Program-made: the position numbers and the translations under genes
Notes under the pieces: generated by a model
The model's input: the letters and a program-made list of their open reading frames with translations, nothing else
Told to the model about the DNA's origin: nothing
Databases searched by the model: none
In this document: in pieces, positions 19,005 to 29,678 of the stretch
Layout of the letters: the number at the start of each line of letters is the position of its first letter
How positions within the stretch are numbered: the first letter of the stretch is position 1
NCBI GenBank assembly: GCA_964589735.1
Contig: CAZPUL010000002.1
Span: 8,176 to 72,175, forward strand
DNA: 64,000 bases
Direction: 5' to 3'
DNA from: an uncultured Verrucomicrobiota bacterium
GTDB taxonomy: Bacteria; Verrucomicrobiota; Verrucomicrobiia; Limisphaerales; JAEYXS01

Positions 19005-19712
19005 TCAGCACTTCGCACTCTTGCGCTTTTTGCCGATGGTGCCGCGGTCCTGGACTTTCCGGATGTAATCGGTGGCGGAGAAGACTTCGCAACTGTTGTT
19101 GCCGAGATCAGCCGAGACGGGGCCGATCTTCGCGGCGGTCTTCAGGGCGAGTTCGGTCAGGGATGATACATAACACCCCACGGCGATGAGGAACATGTTC
19201 ATCTGGTAGCGTACCGCATCAGGGGCCTTGTGGATCTCTTTCTGCACCCGCTGCAAGAGCTGTTTCAGTTCCGGAATGTCGAGGTCGGCGTCGGCCTTCA
19301 CCGAGACGAGGCTGGCGAAGGTGGCCCAACCGATGACGGCGATGAGCGGCTTGGGCGACTCGATCCATTTTAGCGCCATCTCATGCCCGTGCGGATTGCC
19401 GGCGGCCACACTGGCCACGGCTCCGGGCAGGGAACCGGCATAAGCGGCATCCGCCCAGTGCTGGAGGTCGCGCTTGGTCATGCGCGCATCGTCGGCGATG
19501 AGGCTGGCCAGGTACATCGCGTCGTAATTGCCTGTGGCGTAGAGATCGAGCGCGAGCTGGTAATCCATCTTGATGCGCTTCTGGATTTTCTTGAGATCGC
19601 CGATCTTCACCCCGAAGCAGGGCTCTTTGACACAGTAGTTGTTGACGAGCACATTCTTGTAGCTGGCGGTGCCGAGCGGCGCGAGTTCCGCGAGGATTTC
19701 GGTGGCAGTCAT
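19005..19712 (-). CDS. DNA alkylation repair enzyme-like (AlkD/HEAT-like) protein
   Basis: FGVKIGDLKKIQKRIKMDYQLALDLYATGNYDAMYLASLIADDARMTKRDLQHWADA; helical repeat pattern. Confidence 0.6.
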   Translation of the reverse strand: MTATEILAELAPLGTASYKNVLVNNYCVKEPCFGVKIGDLKKIQKRIKMDYQLALDLYATGNYDAMYLASLIADDARMTKRDLQHWADAAYAGSLPGAVASVAAGNPHGHEMALKWIESPKPLIAVIGWATFASLVSVKADADLDIPELKQLLQRVQKEIHKAPDAVRYQMNMFLIAVGCYVSSLTELALKTAAKIGPVSADLGNNSCEVFSATDYIRKVQDRGTIGKKRKSAKC

Positions 19713-19823
19713 AGGGTTGCCACTCTTCTACCAGCAATTGGCCCAAAGGCCAGTGAGGAAATCTGGCGCAGCGATTTTGAATTGTCCAAAGCGCCGGTTG
19801 GGGGGACTCTATAGCGCAAGCAA

Positions 19824-22295
19824 ATGAACAGTAATTTCTTCAACCGACGTGCCGGTGTGGTGTCCGCAGCCATTTTGAGCCTGGGCTTGGGCTGGGGTGC
19901 GGTCTCCGGTGTGGCGGCGGGTGAGCGGCCGCGCAGCATCTCGGGCATCTATCCGCATCTGGCCTATTTCAACAATGAGGGCGAGTGCGGCACGGGCGCC
20001 GTGGTGCCGTGGGCAGACCGGCTCTGGGTCATCACGTATGGGCCGCATCTGCCAAAGGGGTCTTCGGACAAGCTGTATGAGATTGATCGCGATCTGAAGA
20101 TGACCGTGCGCCCCGAGAGCATTGGCGGCACGCCCGCGAACCGCTTCATCCATCGCGAATCGGAACAGTTGTTCATCGGGCCATACGCGATCAGTGAAAA
20201 AGGCGAAGTCCGCACCATTCCTTACTCGGTGATGTATGGCCGCCACACCGGCAATGCGCGGCATCTGACGGATCCGGAGAACAAGATCTATTACGCGACG
20301 ATGGAGGAGGGCATCTACGAAGTGGACGTGAAAACGCTCGCCGTGAAGATGCTTTATGCCGACGAACAGCTCAAAGATGCGAAGGAACCTAAGGCTGACC
20401 TGCCCGGTTATCACGGCAAGGGCCTCTACTCCGGCCAAGGGCGGCTCATCTACGCGAACAACGGCGAACATGGCCCGAAAGCACTCGTCGATCCCTCCAT
20501 CCCCTCGGGTGTGCTCGCGGAATGGGATGGCAAAGATTGGAAAATTGTCCGCCGCAATCAATTCACCGAAGTGACCGGACCGGGCGGCATCTACGGGAAT
20601 GACCGCGCGGAGAAAGACCCCGTGTGGGCCATCGGTTGGGATTACCGTTCGCTCATCCTGATGCTCTTGGACAAGGGCCAGTGGCACGCCTATCGCTTGC
20701 CGAAGGGCAGCCATAGCTATGATGGCGCGCACGGCTGGAACACCGAATGGCCGCGCATCCGCGACATCGGCGAGGGCGACCTGCTGATGACGATGCACGG
20801 GACGTTCTGGAAGTTCCCGAAAGATTTCAGCTTTGAAGATTCCGAAGGCATCGTGCCGCGCTCGAACTATCTGAAAGTCATTGGCGACTTCACCGAGTGG
20901 CGCGGCAAAGTCGTCTTCGGCTGCGATGACACGGCGAAGAACGAGTTCCTGAACAAGCGCAAGGCGAAGGGTGAACTCGCCGGTCCCGGCCAATCGCAAT
21001 CCAACCTGTGGTTCGTGGAACCGGATCAGATCGATGAATTCGGTTCGGCGCTGGGTCGGGGTGCGGTGTGGTTCGATGAAGCGGTGAAGGCGAACACGCC
21101 CTCCGATGCGTTCCTGTTCGAAGGTTATGAGCAGCGCGGCGTGCATCTGACGCATGACAGCGAAAAGCCGGTGACGTTCACCTTCGAGGTGGACCGCAAG
21201 GGGCGGGGCGAGTGGAAGGGCCTGTGCGTGATCGAGGTCCCGGCCAAGGGTTATCGCTGGCTGGAATTCTCGCCGAAGGACAAGGGCGCCTGGGTGCGCG
21301 TGAGTGTGAGCAAGGACACAAAAGCCACGGCGCTCTTCAACTACAGCAACAAAGACCAGCGCGGCAACGAGGCGAGCGAGATTTTCCGGGGCATCGCGAC
21401 GGTGAAGGACAAATACGTCTCCGGCGGGCTCATCCGTGCGCGCGGTGAAAATCTGCGCACGCTGAACTTCGCCGCCCAACGGGCGAGCAACGGCACCACG
21501 ACCGATGCCGGTTACTTCGAACTCGGCGCGGACTTGAAGCTGAGGAAGGTGAATGACCCGAAGGCGCAGGATTGGCTGGAGAAGAATGTAGCGATCCCGC
21601 ACGGGATGTTTCAGGTGGACGCAGCCTCCGTCATCTTCACGGATGACAAGGGCAACCGCTGGCGTCTGCCGAAGGGTGATGCGGCCTTTGACCAACCGGG
21701 CGCGCTGGGCGATGAACGCATCGACCGCGAGGTCTGCACCGAGCGCGATCTCTTCAACTGTCACGGCACGTTCTATGAGTTGCCCGCGGAGAATGCGGGT
21801 GGTTTCGCCAAGGTCCGTCCGGTGACCACGCACAACCGGCGCATCAAAGATTACACGAGCTATCGTGGCTTGCTCATCATGACGGGCATCAGCGACGGTG
21901 CACCGAAGACTTCGGAACACATCATCCGTTCGGAAGATGGCAAAGTGGCCTTGTGGGCGGGCGGCGTGGATGACTTGTGGAAGTTCGGCAAGGTGCGTGG
22001 TAACGGTGGTCCGTGGAAGGATACCGAAGTGAAAGCGAACGAGGTGTCTGATGCCTACCTGATGACGGGTTATGATAAAAAATCCGTCACTTTCCAACAC
22101 GATGCCAAAGACCCGCTGAGGGTGCGCATCGAGGTGGACATCACCGGCACGGGGCTGTGGCGCACGTATCAAGTGGTTGAAGTTCCCGCCAAAACCACGG
22201 TGACGCACAATTTCCCCGATGCCTTGCAAGCGTATTGGGTGCGGGTGGTGGCGGACAAGGTTTGCAAGGCGACCGCGCAATTCCGGTACGAATAG
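19824..22295 (+). CDS. Large secreted protein of unknown function (823 aa)
   Basis: Signal peptide; coherent soluble protein with two related C-terminal segments (DAFLFEGYEQRGVHLTHDSEKPVTFTFEVDRKGRGEWKG and DAYLMTGYDKKSVTFQHDAKDPLRVRIEVDITGTGLWRT). Confidence 0.75.
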   Translation: MNSNFFNRRAGVVSAAILSLGLGWGAVSGVAAGERPRSISGIYPHLAYFNNEGECGTGAVVPWADRLWVITYGPHLPKGSSDKLYEIDRDLKMTVRPESIGGTPANRFIHRESEQLFIGPYAISEKGEVRTIPYSVMYGRHTGNARHLTDPENKIYYATMEEGIYEVDVKTLAVKMLYADEQLKDAKEPKADLPGYHGKGLYSGQGRLIYANNGEHGPKALVDPSIPSGVLAEWDGKDWKIVRRNQFTEVTGPGGIYGNDRAEKDPVWAIGWDYRSLILMLLDKGQWHAYRLPKGSHSYDGAHGWNTEWPRIRDIGEGDLLMTMHGTFWKFPKDFSFEDSEGIVPRSNYLKVIGDFTEWRGKVVFGCDDTAKNEFLNKRKAKGELAGPGQSQSNLWFVEPDQIDEFGSALGRGAVWFDEAVKANTPSDAFLFEGYEQRGVHLTHDSEKPVTFTFEVDRKGRGEWKGLCVIEVPAKGYRWLEFSPKDKGAWVRVSVSKDTKATALFNYSNKDQRGNEASEIFRGIATVKDKYVSGGLIRARGENLRTLNFAAQRASNGTTTDAGYFELGADLKLRKVNDPKAQDWLEKNVAIPHGMFQVDAASVIFTDDKGNRWRLPKGDAAFDQPGALGDERIDREVCTERDLFNCHGTFYELPAENAGGFAKVRPVTTHNRRIKDYTSYRGLLIMTGISDGAPKTSEHIIRSEDGKVALWAGGVDDLWKFGKVRGNGGPWKDTEVKANEVSDAYLMTGYDKKSVTFQHDAKDPLRVRIEVDITGTGLWRTYQVVEVPAKTTVTHNFPDALQAYWVRVVADKVCKATAQFRYE

Positions 22296-22470
22296 GCTGT
22301 TTTGTTTTGGTCAGGGTGCCTGAAACACAACAAATATTTTCAACCATTAGAAATTGTTAGAAATCTGATTATTGGGCGTGTTTAACTGGCGGTGGCTTGG
22401 GGACAGGCTGCCGCAGGTGAGGGGATTCCACCACGGCTGCCGCCTGAGCCGTTGTCAACCCGTCACGTCC

Positions 22471-24066
22471 ATGGCGGAATCACCGAACCAGCCAGTCAGC
22501 ATCAAGCGGTCTTCTCCCAAAGAAGGCGGTACGGAGTCATTGCTCAATGTCACCGACTCGCTCAACTCCTTGCGCCATGGTCTGCGCACGCCGTTGAACC
22601 AGGTGCTCGGTTACACCGAGATGTTGATGGAGGATGTGGCGGGCCGCTCGACGCAGGCATTGCTGCCTGACCTGGAGCGCATCCACCTGATCGGCGGGCA
22701 ATTGCTGGCGCTCATCAATGAGGGTCTGGCTCCGTGGAAGCTCATGGTCGGCCGCGTGGACCTCGATACGATGGGTTTCGAGATGCGCAGCCCGCTGAAT
22801 CTGATCATGGGTTATGCGGAATTGTGCCAGGAGATCGCCCTTGAACTCGGCGACAAGCGGCTGGTGCCGGACCTGCAAAAGATCATCGGTGCCGCGAAGA
22901 ATCTGCAGAATGCCTTCGAGAGCCCTTCCTTGAAAGAACGTGTGCATCGCTGTCTGCAAAGCGAGAAATCCAAACACCGCACCCGTTGGTTGATGGAAGA
23001 ACCGCCGGAATCCCCGCAGGAGGAGGGGGTGATCCTCATCGTGGATGACAATGAGATGAACCGGGACATGCTCTGCCGTCGGCTGGAGCGTTACGGCTAC
23101 GTCACTTACGAGGCGGAGAACGGCAAGGAAGGTTTCGAACTGGCCCGCAAACACAAGCCGGATCTGATCCTCATGGACGTGGTGATGCCCGGCTCCAATG
23201 GTTACGAGTATCTGGAGCAGTATAAGACGGACCCTACGCTCGGCCACATCCCGGTCATCATGATCTCCGCCTTGGATGAGATGGAGGTGACCATCCGTTG
23301 CATCGAGATCGGCGCAGAAGATTACATCCCGAAGCCCTTCAACCCGGTGCTGCTGAAGGCGCGCATCGAGGCTTCCGTGCTGAAGAAGCGTTTGCGCGAC
23401 CAGGAAAAGGCTCTGATCGACATGATGCGGGCCGAGCGCGAACGGTTGGAACAAGTGCTGAACGGGGCGCTGCCCCAAGTGGCGGCCAATCGTGTCCGTC
23501 AGGGCGAGCCGGGCGGAGTGGATGAAGCCGCGGAGGCGTCCGTGCTGATGGTGGAGGTGGTGGATTTCAAGTCGTTGGCCGGCCAATTGCCCGCGAAGCA
23601 AGCTTCGGCCGTGCTCACGGAGCTGTCCATGACACTCGACTGGCTGGCCCGGTTCAACAAGTCGGACAAGATCCGGACGGGGCCGGGACAGTTCATCATC
23701 GTCACCGGCTTGCTGGCGGCACGAAGCGATCATGCTACCACGGTCTGTGACATCGCGTTGAAACTGCAGCATGTGCTGCCGCTGTTGCGCGCGCAGACAA
23801 AGACGGAGCTGCAACTGCGCATCACCATAGCCTCTGGAGCGGTGGCGGGCGGCGTGATCGGTCGCGCGAGTTATTACTACGAGATCTGGGGCGAAGCGGT
23901 GAACAAGGCGACGCAGTTGGCGGCGGAAGCGGAACCCGGTGCGGTGTTGCTGGATGAGCAGTGTGCCCGGCTGGTGCAGGAGCAGTTCAAACTGGAGGCT
24001 ACGAAATCATCAGGCTCATGGCGGCTGGTGGGCCGTCAGGCAGCAGTCACTTCGGCGGCGGCCTGA
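22471..24066 (+). CDS. Hybrid signalling protein: degenerate HisKA-like region(s), REC domain, class III cyclase-homology domain
   Basis: LRHGLRTPLNQVLGYTEML; FEMRSPLNLIMGYAEL; REC ILIVDDNEMNRD...LILMDVVMPGSNGYE...IPKPFNP; cyclase-like ASVLMVEVVDFKSLA...YYYEIWGEAVNKATQLAAEAEPG. Confidence 0.8.
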   Translation: MAESPNQPVSIKRSSPKEGGTESLLNVTDSLNSLRHGLRTPLNQVLGYTEMLMEDVAGRSTQALLPDLERIHLIGGQLLALINEGLAPWKLMVGRVDLDTMGFEMRSPLNLIMGYAELCQEIALELGDKRLVPDLQKIIGAAKNLQNAFESPSLKERVHRCLQSEKSKHRTRWLMEEPPESPQEEGVILIVDDNEMNRDMLCRRLERYGYVTYEAENGKEGFELARKHKPDLILMDVVMPGSNGYEYLEQYKTDPTLGHIPVIMISALDEMEVTIRCIEIGAEDYIPKPFNPVLLKARIEASVLKKRLRDQEKALIDMMRAERERLEQVLNGALPQVAANRVRQGEPGGVDEAAEASVLMVEVVDFKSLAGQLPAKQASAVLTELSMTLDWLARFNKSDKIRTGPGQFIIVTGLLAARSDHATTVCDIALKLQHVLPLLRAQTKTELQLRITIASGAVAGGVIGRASYYYEIWGEAVNKATQLAAEAEPGAVLLDEQCARLVQEQFKLEATKSSGSWRLVGRQAAVTSAAA

Positions 24067-24071
24067 TGCAT

Positions 24072-24995
24072 TCAAATATCCGGCACCACGAATTTTTGAC
24101 GCAAGAGCGAGAGGAGCGCGGAAACGGCGGTGAGATCGTCCGGCATCTGGTCGATGACGCGGCTGACAATCCCCAGTTCCATCACCAGCAGCAGGGCCTG
24201 CATCTCATCCGGTGGCAGACCAGCCTGCAATCCGGACAAACTTTCGCTGAGCTTTAGTTTGCTATCCCAAGAGGGCAGCTCCGCTTCCAGTGCCTTGATC
24301 TCATCCAGCAGGCGCAAGCCATCGAGGATGGCATTATCTGCCGAAAGTTCGATCTCGTCGGTCACCGGCTGCACGGGGCCTTGTTCGAATACGAAGGTGC
24401 CTTTCGTCCAGCGGAAGATGCGATGTAAGGCGCGCAAGGGCGGCAGCTCGCTGTCATCAATGGTCGCATAGCACACATGTCCGTCGCGGATATGGATACG
24501 GCCCACGACCGGCAGATTCTCAATCCTGACAACTCCAGAACGGCCGTAACGACACAGGAACTGGAGCAGATCCGGAACGGGTGTATCCGCGATGTTGCCA
24601 GCGAGACCGGTAGTGCGATCCTCCTGGCCGCGGGTGCGGACTTTGCTCACGAAGTGGATCTCTGTCTCGCCGCTGGGTTGTTGCGCGGAGATGCTGAAGC
24701 GCGTGATAGACACTACGAGGATGAGTATCTTGCCCAGCCGTAACCGGTCCCCTTCGCGCAGTTCCGCCTGAGCCACCTGCTCCTGGTTTACCTGCACGAA
24801 TTCACCCGTATTCAGGCTGCGGATGGCGGCCCGGTCGCCCCAGCCGGTCACCACGGCGAAGCGCTGGGAGTTGTCGGTCGGGTTGACTGTGATGTCGTCG
24901 TCATCCGTGCGATTCAGCAGCAAAGCACCGCCATCAGGCACGGGGAACTCCCCTCCTTTGTTCGCGCCGTTCAAAAAATGCAAAGCAAGCGCCAC
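24072..24995 (-). CDS. FHA-like domain plus DUF4388 domain protein
   Basis: N-terminal FHA-like LNRTDDDDITVNPTDNSQRFAVV...; DUF4388-like LLQFLCRYGRSGVVRIENLPVVGRIHIRDGHVCYATIDD...LHRIFRWTKGTFVFE. Confidence 0.65.
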   Translation of the reverse strand: MALALHFLNGANKGGEFPVPDGGALLLNRTDDDDITVNPTDNSQRFAVVTGWGDRAAIRSLNTGEFVQVNQEQVAQAELREGDRLRLGKILILVVSITRFSISAQQPSGETEIHFVSKVRTRGQEDRTTGLAGNIADTPVPDLLQFLCRYGRSGVVRIENLPVVGRIHIRDGHVCYATIDDSELPPLRALHRIFRWTKGTFVFEQGPVQPVTDEIELSADNAILDGLRLLDEIKALEAELPSWDSKLKLSESLSGLQAGLPPDEMQALLLVMELGIVSRVIDQMPDDLTAVSALLSLLRQKFVVPDI

Positions 24996-25126
24996 AGCGC
25001 ACGCATCTTTGTGAGGTCAGAGTTGATTGACAAGGGGGTTAGACGGCCGTTTCCATGAATCTTTTTACTGGCACTTGCCGCTTTCATGTTTGAAGCGGCA
25101 GGCTTCCTGCTCCACGTTGTAATCGC

Positions 25127-25654
25127 ATGCGAGACCGGATTGCAATCGTGTCAGGTGACATAACAAAACAGCGGGTGGATGCCATCGTCAATGCGGCGAA
25201 CAGTTCGCTCACGGGCGGGGCGGGGGTGGATGGAGCCATCCATGCGGCGGCCGGGCAGGAGCTTTACGAGGAATGCCTGGCGCTGGGCGGCTGCCCTACC
25301 GGCGAGGCCAAGGCGACCAAGGGTTACGCCCTGCCGGCCAAATGGGTCATCCACACGGTCGGCCCCATCTGGCGCGATGGCAAGCGCGGGGAGCCGGAGA
25401 AGCTGGCCCGGTGCTATCAGAACTCCTTGAAAGTGGCGGCGGGCTTGCCGGCGAAGACCGTGGCCTTTCCCTGCATCAGCACCGGCGCGTATGGCTTCCC
25501 CATCGAGGAAGCCACGGAGATTGCGCTCAATGAGACCTTCAAATTCCTCCAGCAGGATGAAAGCATTGAGCAGGTCACTTTCGTTTGTTTTGGTCAATCG
25601 ACCTTGAACACCTATCAGCAGATGCTGGAAAAGCATCTGGCCCAATCTTCTTGA
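25127..25654 (+). CDS. Macro domain protein, O-acetyl-ADP-ribose deacetylase-like (YmdB type)
   Basis: VDAIVNAANSSLTGGAGVDGAIHAAAGQELYEECLALGGCPTGEAKATKGYALPAKWVIHTVGP; CISTGAYGFP. Confidence 0.95.
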   Translation: MRDRIAIVSGDITKQRVDAIVNAANSSLTGGAGVDGAIHAAAGQELYEECLALGGCPTGEAKATKGYALPAKWVIHTVGPIWRDGKRGEPEKLARCYQNSLKVAAGLPAKTVAFPCISTGAYGFPIEEATEIALNETFKFLQQDESIEQVTFVCFGQSTLNTYQQMLEKHLAQSS

Positions 25655-25717
25655 GCGCGGGTTCGCGCGGATAAATGTTTGTCCAAAGACGGCGATTGGG
25701 GACTAATGTCCTTAATC

Positions 25718-26983
25718 ATGAATCGCCGAACCTTTTTGGCCAGCACACTGGCGTCTGCCATCGTTGCCAGCACATCCTCTTCCCTGTCTGCAGATAAGAA
25801 ACGCGCCCCGCGCATTTTGCTGCGCTCCTCCTGGCAGGTCGTGAACATCGGGGACATCGCCCACACGCCGGGCGTGCTCACGCTCATCGAGAAATATATT
25901 CCGGAAGCGGAGGTCATCCTCTGGCCCTCGGGCGACATCACGCCCGAAGTGATCGCCATGGAGCACAAACGCTTTCCGAAATTGAAGTTCGTGAAAGGCG
26001 GCATCAATCCGGACGGCACCACCAAGGTCAAGGAACTCGAGGAAGCCATCCAATGGTGCGATTTCATCTTGCACGGCTCCGGGCCCTCCATGGTCGCCTA
26101 CAAGGATGTGTCCGCCGCCGTGAAACTCACCGGCAAACCCTTCGGAGTTTACGGCATCACTTACGGTGGCAGCTCGAAGGAACAGCAGGAATTCATGGGC
26201 AAGGCCAAGTTCCTCTACTTCCGCGACACCGTCTCGCTCGCCAAGGCGAAGGCCGAAGGCATCAACTGCCCCATCATGGAATTCGGTCCCGATGGTGCCT
26301 TCGCCGTCGATCTGCGTGATGATGCTCCTGCGGCCGCTTTCTTGAAAGCGAACGGGCTCGAAGAAAAGAAATTCCTCTGCTGCCTCGCGCGCTATCGCTA
26401 CACGCCTTACTGGCTCGTGAAAGAAGGTCGCGCGAAAGACGCCAAGCGTGATGCCCGCAATCAGGAGATGCGCGATCACGATACCAAACCGCTCCGCGAC
26501 GCCATTATTGCCGTGGTGAAACAGACTGATCACAAGGTGCTGCTCTGCCCGGAAGACGCCACGCAGATGACCATCACGAAGGAAGACATTTACGACAAGC
26601 TGCCTGAAGACGTGAAAAAGCGCGTCGTGTGGCGCGAGAAATTCTGGCTCACGGATGAAGCCCTCAGCACATATTTAAAATCCTCCGGTATCTTCGGTCT
26701 GGAGATGCACTCGCCCATCATGTGCATCGGCAACGGCATTCCGGCCATCGTGTGCCGCTTTGAAGAACAGACCACCAAAGGTTTCATGTGGCGCGACATC
26801 GGCCTCGGCGACTGGCTCTTCGACATGGATAAACCCGACGAAGTCGCCAAGCTCACCGAAACCGTCCTCAGCCTCGTGAAAGACCCGAAAGGCGCGAAAG
26901 CCAAAGTGGCCGAAGCGGCGAAGTTTGTCGAAGAACGGCAACGCATCACAATGGGCGTGGTGAAGAGCAATCTGCCTGCTTGA
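25718..26983 (+). CDS. Polysaccharide pyruvyl transferase family protein with N-terminal export signal
   Basis: [17 protein letters not shown] signal; [52 protein letters not shown]. Confidence 0.75.
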   Translation: MNRRTFLASTLASAIVASTSSSLSADKKRAPRILLRSSWQVVNIGDIAHTPGVLTLIEKYIPEAEVILWPSGDITPEVIAMEHKRFPKLKFVKGGINPDGTTKVKELEEAIQWCDFILHGSGPSMVAYKDVSAAVKLTGKPFGVYGITYGGSSKEQQEFMGKAKFLYFRDTVSLAKAKAEGINCPIMEFGPDGAFAVDLRDDAPAAAFLKANGLEEKKFLCCLARYRYTPYWLVKEGRAKDAKRDARNQEMRDHDTKPLRDAIIAVVKQTDHKVLLCPEDATQMTITKEDIYDKLPEDVKKRVVWREKFWLTDEALSTYLKSSGIFGLEMHSPIMCIGNGIPAIVCRFEEQTTKGFMWRDIGLGDWLFDMDKPDEVAKLTETVLSLVKDPKGAKAKVAEAAKFVEERQRITMGVVKSNLPA

Positions 26984-27002
26984 ATTTAAATCTGGAGGGA
27001 AC

Positions 27003-27968
27003 ATGAAACTTTTTTCGATGACTGTGGTGACGGCGCTTGCGATGTCGTGCGGTCTGCTCGACGGTGCGGAAGCTGTAGGGAAAGCCAAGGTGGTGACTGA
27101 GACCCCGAACCTCATCGCCTTCTGGACATTTGGTGAAGAGGCGGGGCAGCCGCGTAATTCCAGTGGCACTAAGGAAAAGCATCCCATGAAAGAAGTCGGC
27201 ACTCCCATCGTCCGCGTGGAAGGCGGGCCTTTCTCTGGCTATGCGGCTGATTTGAATGGGAAGCAGTATTTCTCGATTCCCTATGCCGAGACGGGTGATC
27301 TGAATATCGGCGGACCGGGAGCGCAGGTGAGCATGTTCGCCGTGGTGAACATCCAGAATCTCAAGCAGAGCCGCACCATCGCGGGCATGTGGAGCGAGGG
27401 CAAAGGCGCGAATGATGACACCGGCACGCGCCAATACGCGATGCTCATGAACATGCCCACCTACGGCGGCCCGAACAAACTCGTGCCGCATATCTCCAGC
27501 GAAGGCGGGGTGACTCGGCGTGCGGATGGCAGCGCCTTTCCTTGGTGCGCCGATTACGCCGCCACAAAGAGCGAGGTGCCCACGAACCAATGGTGTACGC
27601 TCGCCTTCACCTACGATGGCAAATACATCCGCGCTTACATCAACGGCGTGCTCGACAAGATGGAACTCGATCCTGTGAAGCACAAACGCACCGACCCTTA
27701 CTTCACGAACGAAGGCCCGGGCGGCAAAGATCGCGGCATGAATCCGTATTATCACGGGCGAGGCATCTTCAGTTACGACCCGGAGAAGCACAAAGACCGC
27801 ATCGGTGGCGCGGACTTCACTGTAGGCGCACGCTATGCCGTCGGCTCCATGCTCGGTGAAGCGACCATCGGCAAATTCGGCGGCCTCGCCGTCTTCAACC
27901 GCGCATTGACGGATGAAGAAATGAAGAAACTGCACGACGCTGCGAATGTAAGTGCGTTGAACAAATAA
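27003..27968 (+). CDS. LamG/concanavalin A-like domain protein, secreted
   Basis: [62 protein letters not shown]. Confidence 0.8.
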   Translation: MKLFSMTVVTALAMSCGLLDGAEAVGKAKVVTETPNLIAFWTFGEEAGQPRNSSGTKEKHPMKEVGTPIVRVEGGPFSGYAADLNGKQYFSIPYAETGDLNIGGPGAQVSMFAVVNIQNLKQSRTIAGMWSEGKGANDDTGTRQYAMLMNMPTYGGPNKLVPHISSEGGVTRRADGSAFPWCADYAATKSEVPTNQWCTLAFTYDGKYIRAYINGVLDKMELDPVKHKRTDPYFTNEGPGGKDRGMNPYYHGRGIFSYDPEKHKDRIGGADFTVGARYAVGSMLGEATIGKFGGLAVFNRALTDEEMKKLHDAANVSALNK

Positions 27969-27989
27969 TCATTTCGGGAAGCAAACCAC

Positions 27990-29678
27990 ATGAACCGCCG
28001 CCAGTTTCTTAAAGCCTCGGGCACCGTCACCGCAGGTGCGTTGCTCGCCGGTGAAGTCTGCCCGCTTTCCGCTAATCTCATCAGCCCAAAAGAACGTGAC
28101 GTCATCGTCTATTCTGGCGTGCCGTGCGGCATCGCGGCGGCCATCCATGCCGCGCGTGAGGGTGCCAGGGTTCTCCTTATCGAACCCACCAAACACCTCG
28201 GCGGCCTCAGCACCAGCGGTATCAACACGGCGGAAAGCGAGCACATGCTCAAGTGGACCATCGGCGGTTTTGCCGATGAGTTTTACCGTCGTTTGGGCAA
28301 GCATTACGAGGACACCAAGGACCAGCAAGCGAAGCTGAAAGAAGGAGACCGCCTAAACACGGCGTATTTCTTTGAGTCCAGTGTGGCGGAGAAGGTGTAT
28401 CTGGACATGCTGAATGAGGCGAAGATAGAGACGATGTACGGGGTGTGGGTGGAGAACGTAGAGAAGACGGGTGCCAAGATCACCACCATCAAACTCAGCA
28501 ATGGGCTCATTCTTTCTGCCAAAATTTTCATCGATGCCAGCTATGAAGGGGATCTGATGGCGCGGGCGGGGGTGAAGTATTCCATCGGCCGCGAAAGCAA
28601 AGCCGAGTTCGGCGAGGAAGCGGCGGGCATCCGTTTCGACAAGACGCCGCGCAAAGCCGCCACGGTGGATGCCCAAGGCAATCTGCTGCCCGGCATCAGT
28701 GCGTGGGCGAAAGACTTGAAGGAAGGCGATGCCCATCGCTCGCCGATGAACTACAATTTTCGCCTCTGCTTCGCCAAGGACAAGAACCTGCAAGTGCCCA
28801 TCCCCGCGCCGAAGCATTACGACCGCAAACGTTATCAATTGCTTGAGAACTGGTTCAATGAGAAGACCGCGAAGAAAGAGGCGGTGAAGCTCACGGACAT
28901 TCTCGACTTCTACGCCCGTCGCAATGGCAAGTATGAGGTGAACAACAAACAGGCGGCGATCTTTTCCATCGGCCATTTCGGCGGACAGTTCGAGTATTCC
29001 GATGCGGATTACGCGAAGCGCGAGCAGATCATCGAGGATCACTGGGATTACACCCTCGGCCTGCTGCACTTCCTCGCGAATGAAGCGAGTGTGCCCGAGA
29101 ATGTCCGTACGGAGATGAAGTCATGGGGCCTGCACAAAGACGAGTTCAAAGACAACGGCAATCTGCCGTATCAACTCTACGTGCGTGAGGCGCGTCGCAT
29201 GCGCGGTCAATACGTCGTCACGCAGATGGATGTGCAGGAAAACCGCCGCAAGCCGGACAGCATCGGCCTCAGCAGCCATTTCATCGACAGCCACCACGTG
29301 CAGCGCGTGGCCCTGTCACCCACGGAGTTCGTGAACGAAGGCCGCATCTGGCGCGTGAGTCGCGCATATCAGATGCCCTACCGCGCCTTTACGCCGAAGA
29401 AAGCCGAGTGCGAGAATCTCTTGGTGCCTGGGGCCGTTAGCTTCACCCATGTCGCCTTCTGCTCCTATCGCCTGGAAAGCGTATGGATGATCGCCGGACA
29501 TGCTTGCGGTGTGGCGGCGGCCATGGCGGCGAAAGCGAAGCAAACGGTGCATGAAGTAGATGTGCCGAAGTTGCAGGAGAAACTCCGTGCGCAGAAGCAA
29601 GTCGTCGATTTCATCCCCGGCCAGCCTGAGTTCTGGTATGACGTGAACAAGACGCCGAACGGACCGCCGGAGTTCTAG
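27990..29678 (+). CDS. FAD-dependent oxidoreductase (FAD_oxidored family), secreted
   Basis: MNRRQFLKASGTVTAGALLAGE; VIVYSGVPCGIAAAIHAAREGARVLLIEPTKHLGGLSTSGINTAE; FIDASYEGDLMARAGVKYSIGRES. Confidence 0.85.
   Translation: MNRRQFLKASGTVTAGALLAGEVCPLSANLISPKERDVIVYSGVPCGIAAAIHAAREGARVLLIEPTKHLGGLSTSGINTAESEHMLKWTIGGFADEFYRRLGKHYEDTKDQQAKLKEGDRLNTAYFFESSVAEKVYLDMLNEAKIETMYGVWVENVEKTGAKITTIKLSNGLILSAKIFIDASYEGDLMARAGVKYSIGRESKAEFGEEAAGIRFDKTPRKAATVDAQGNLLPGISAWAKDLKEGDAHRSPMNYNFRLCFAKDKNLQVPIPAPKHYDRKRYQLLENWFNEKTAKKEAVKLTDILDFYARRNGKYEVNNKQAAIFSIGHFGGQFEYSDADYAKREQIIEDHWDYTLGLLHFLANEASVPENVRTEMKSWGLHKDEFKDNGNLPYQLYVREARRMRGQYVVTQMDVQENRRKPDSIGLSSHFIDSHHVQRVALSPTEFVNEGRIWRVSRAYQMPYRAFTPKKAECENLLVPGAVSFTHVAFCSYRLESVWMIAGHACGVAAAMAAKAKQTVHEVDVPKLQEKLRAQKQVVDFIPGQPEFWYDVNKTPNGPPEF

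Noticed and set aside
19809-22280. 823-aa minus-strand ORF
   Set aside because: Exact antisense of the plausible 19824-22295 CDS; composition (His/Arg-rich, no domain signature) is typical of mirror ORFs in GC-rich DNA.
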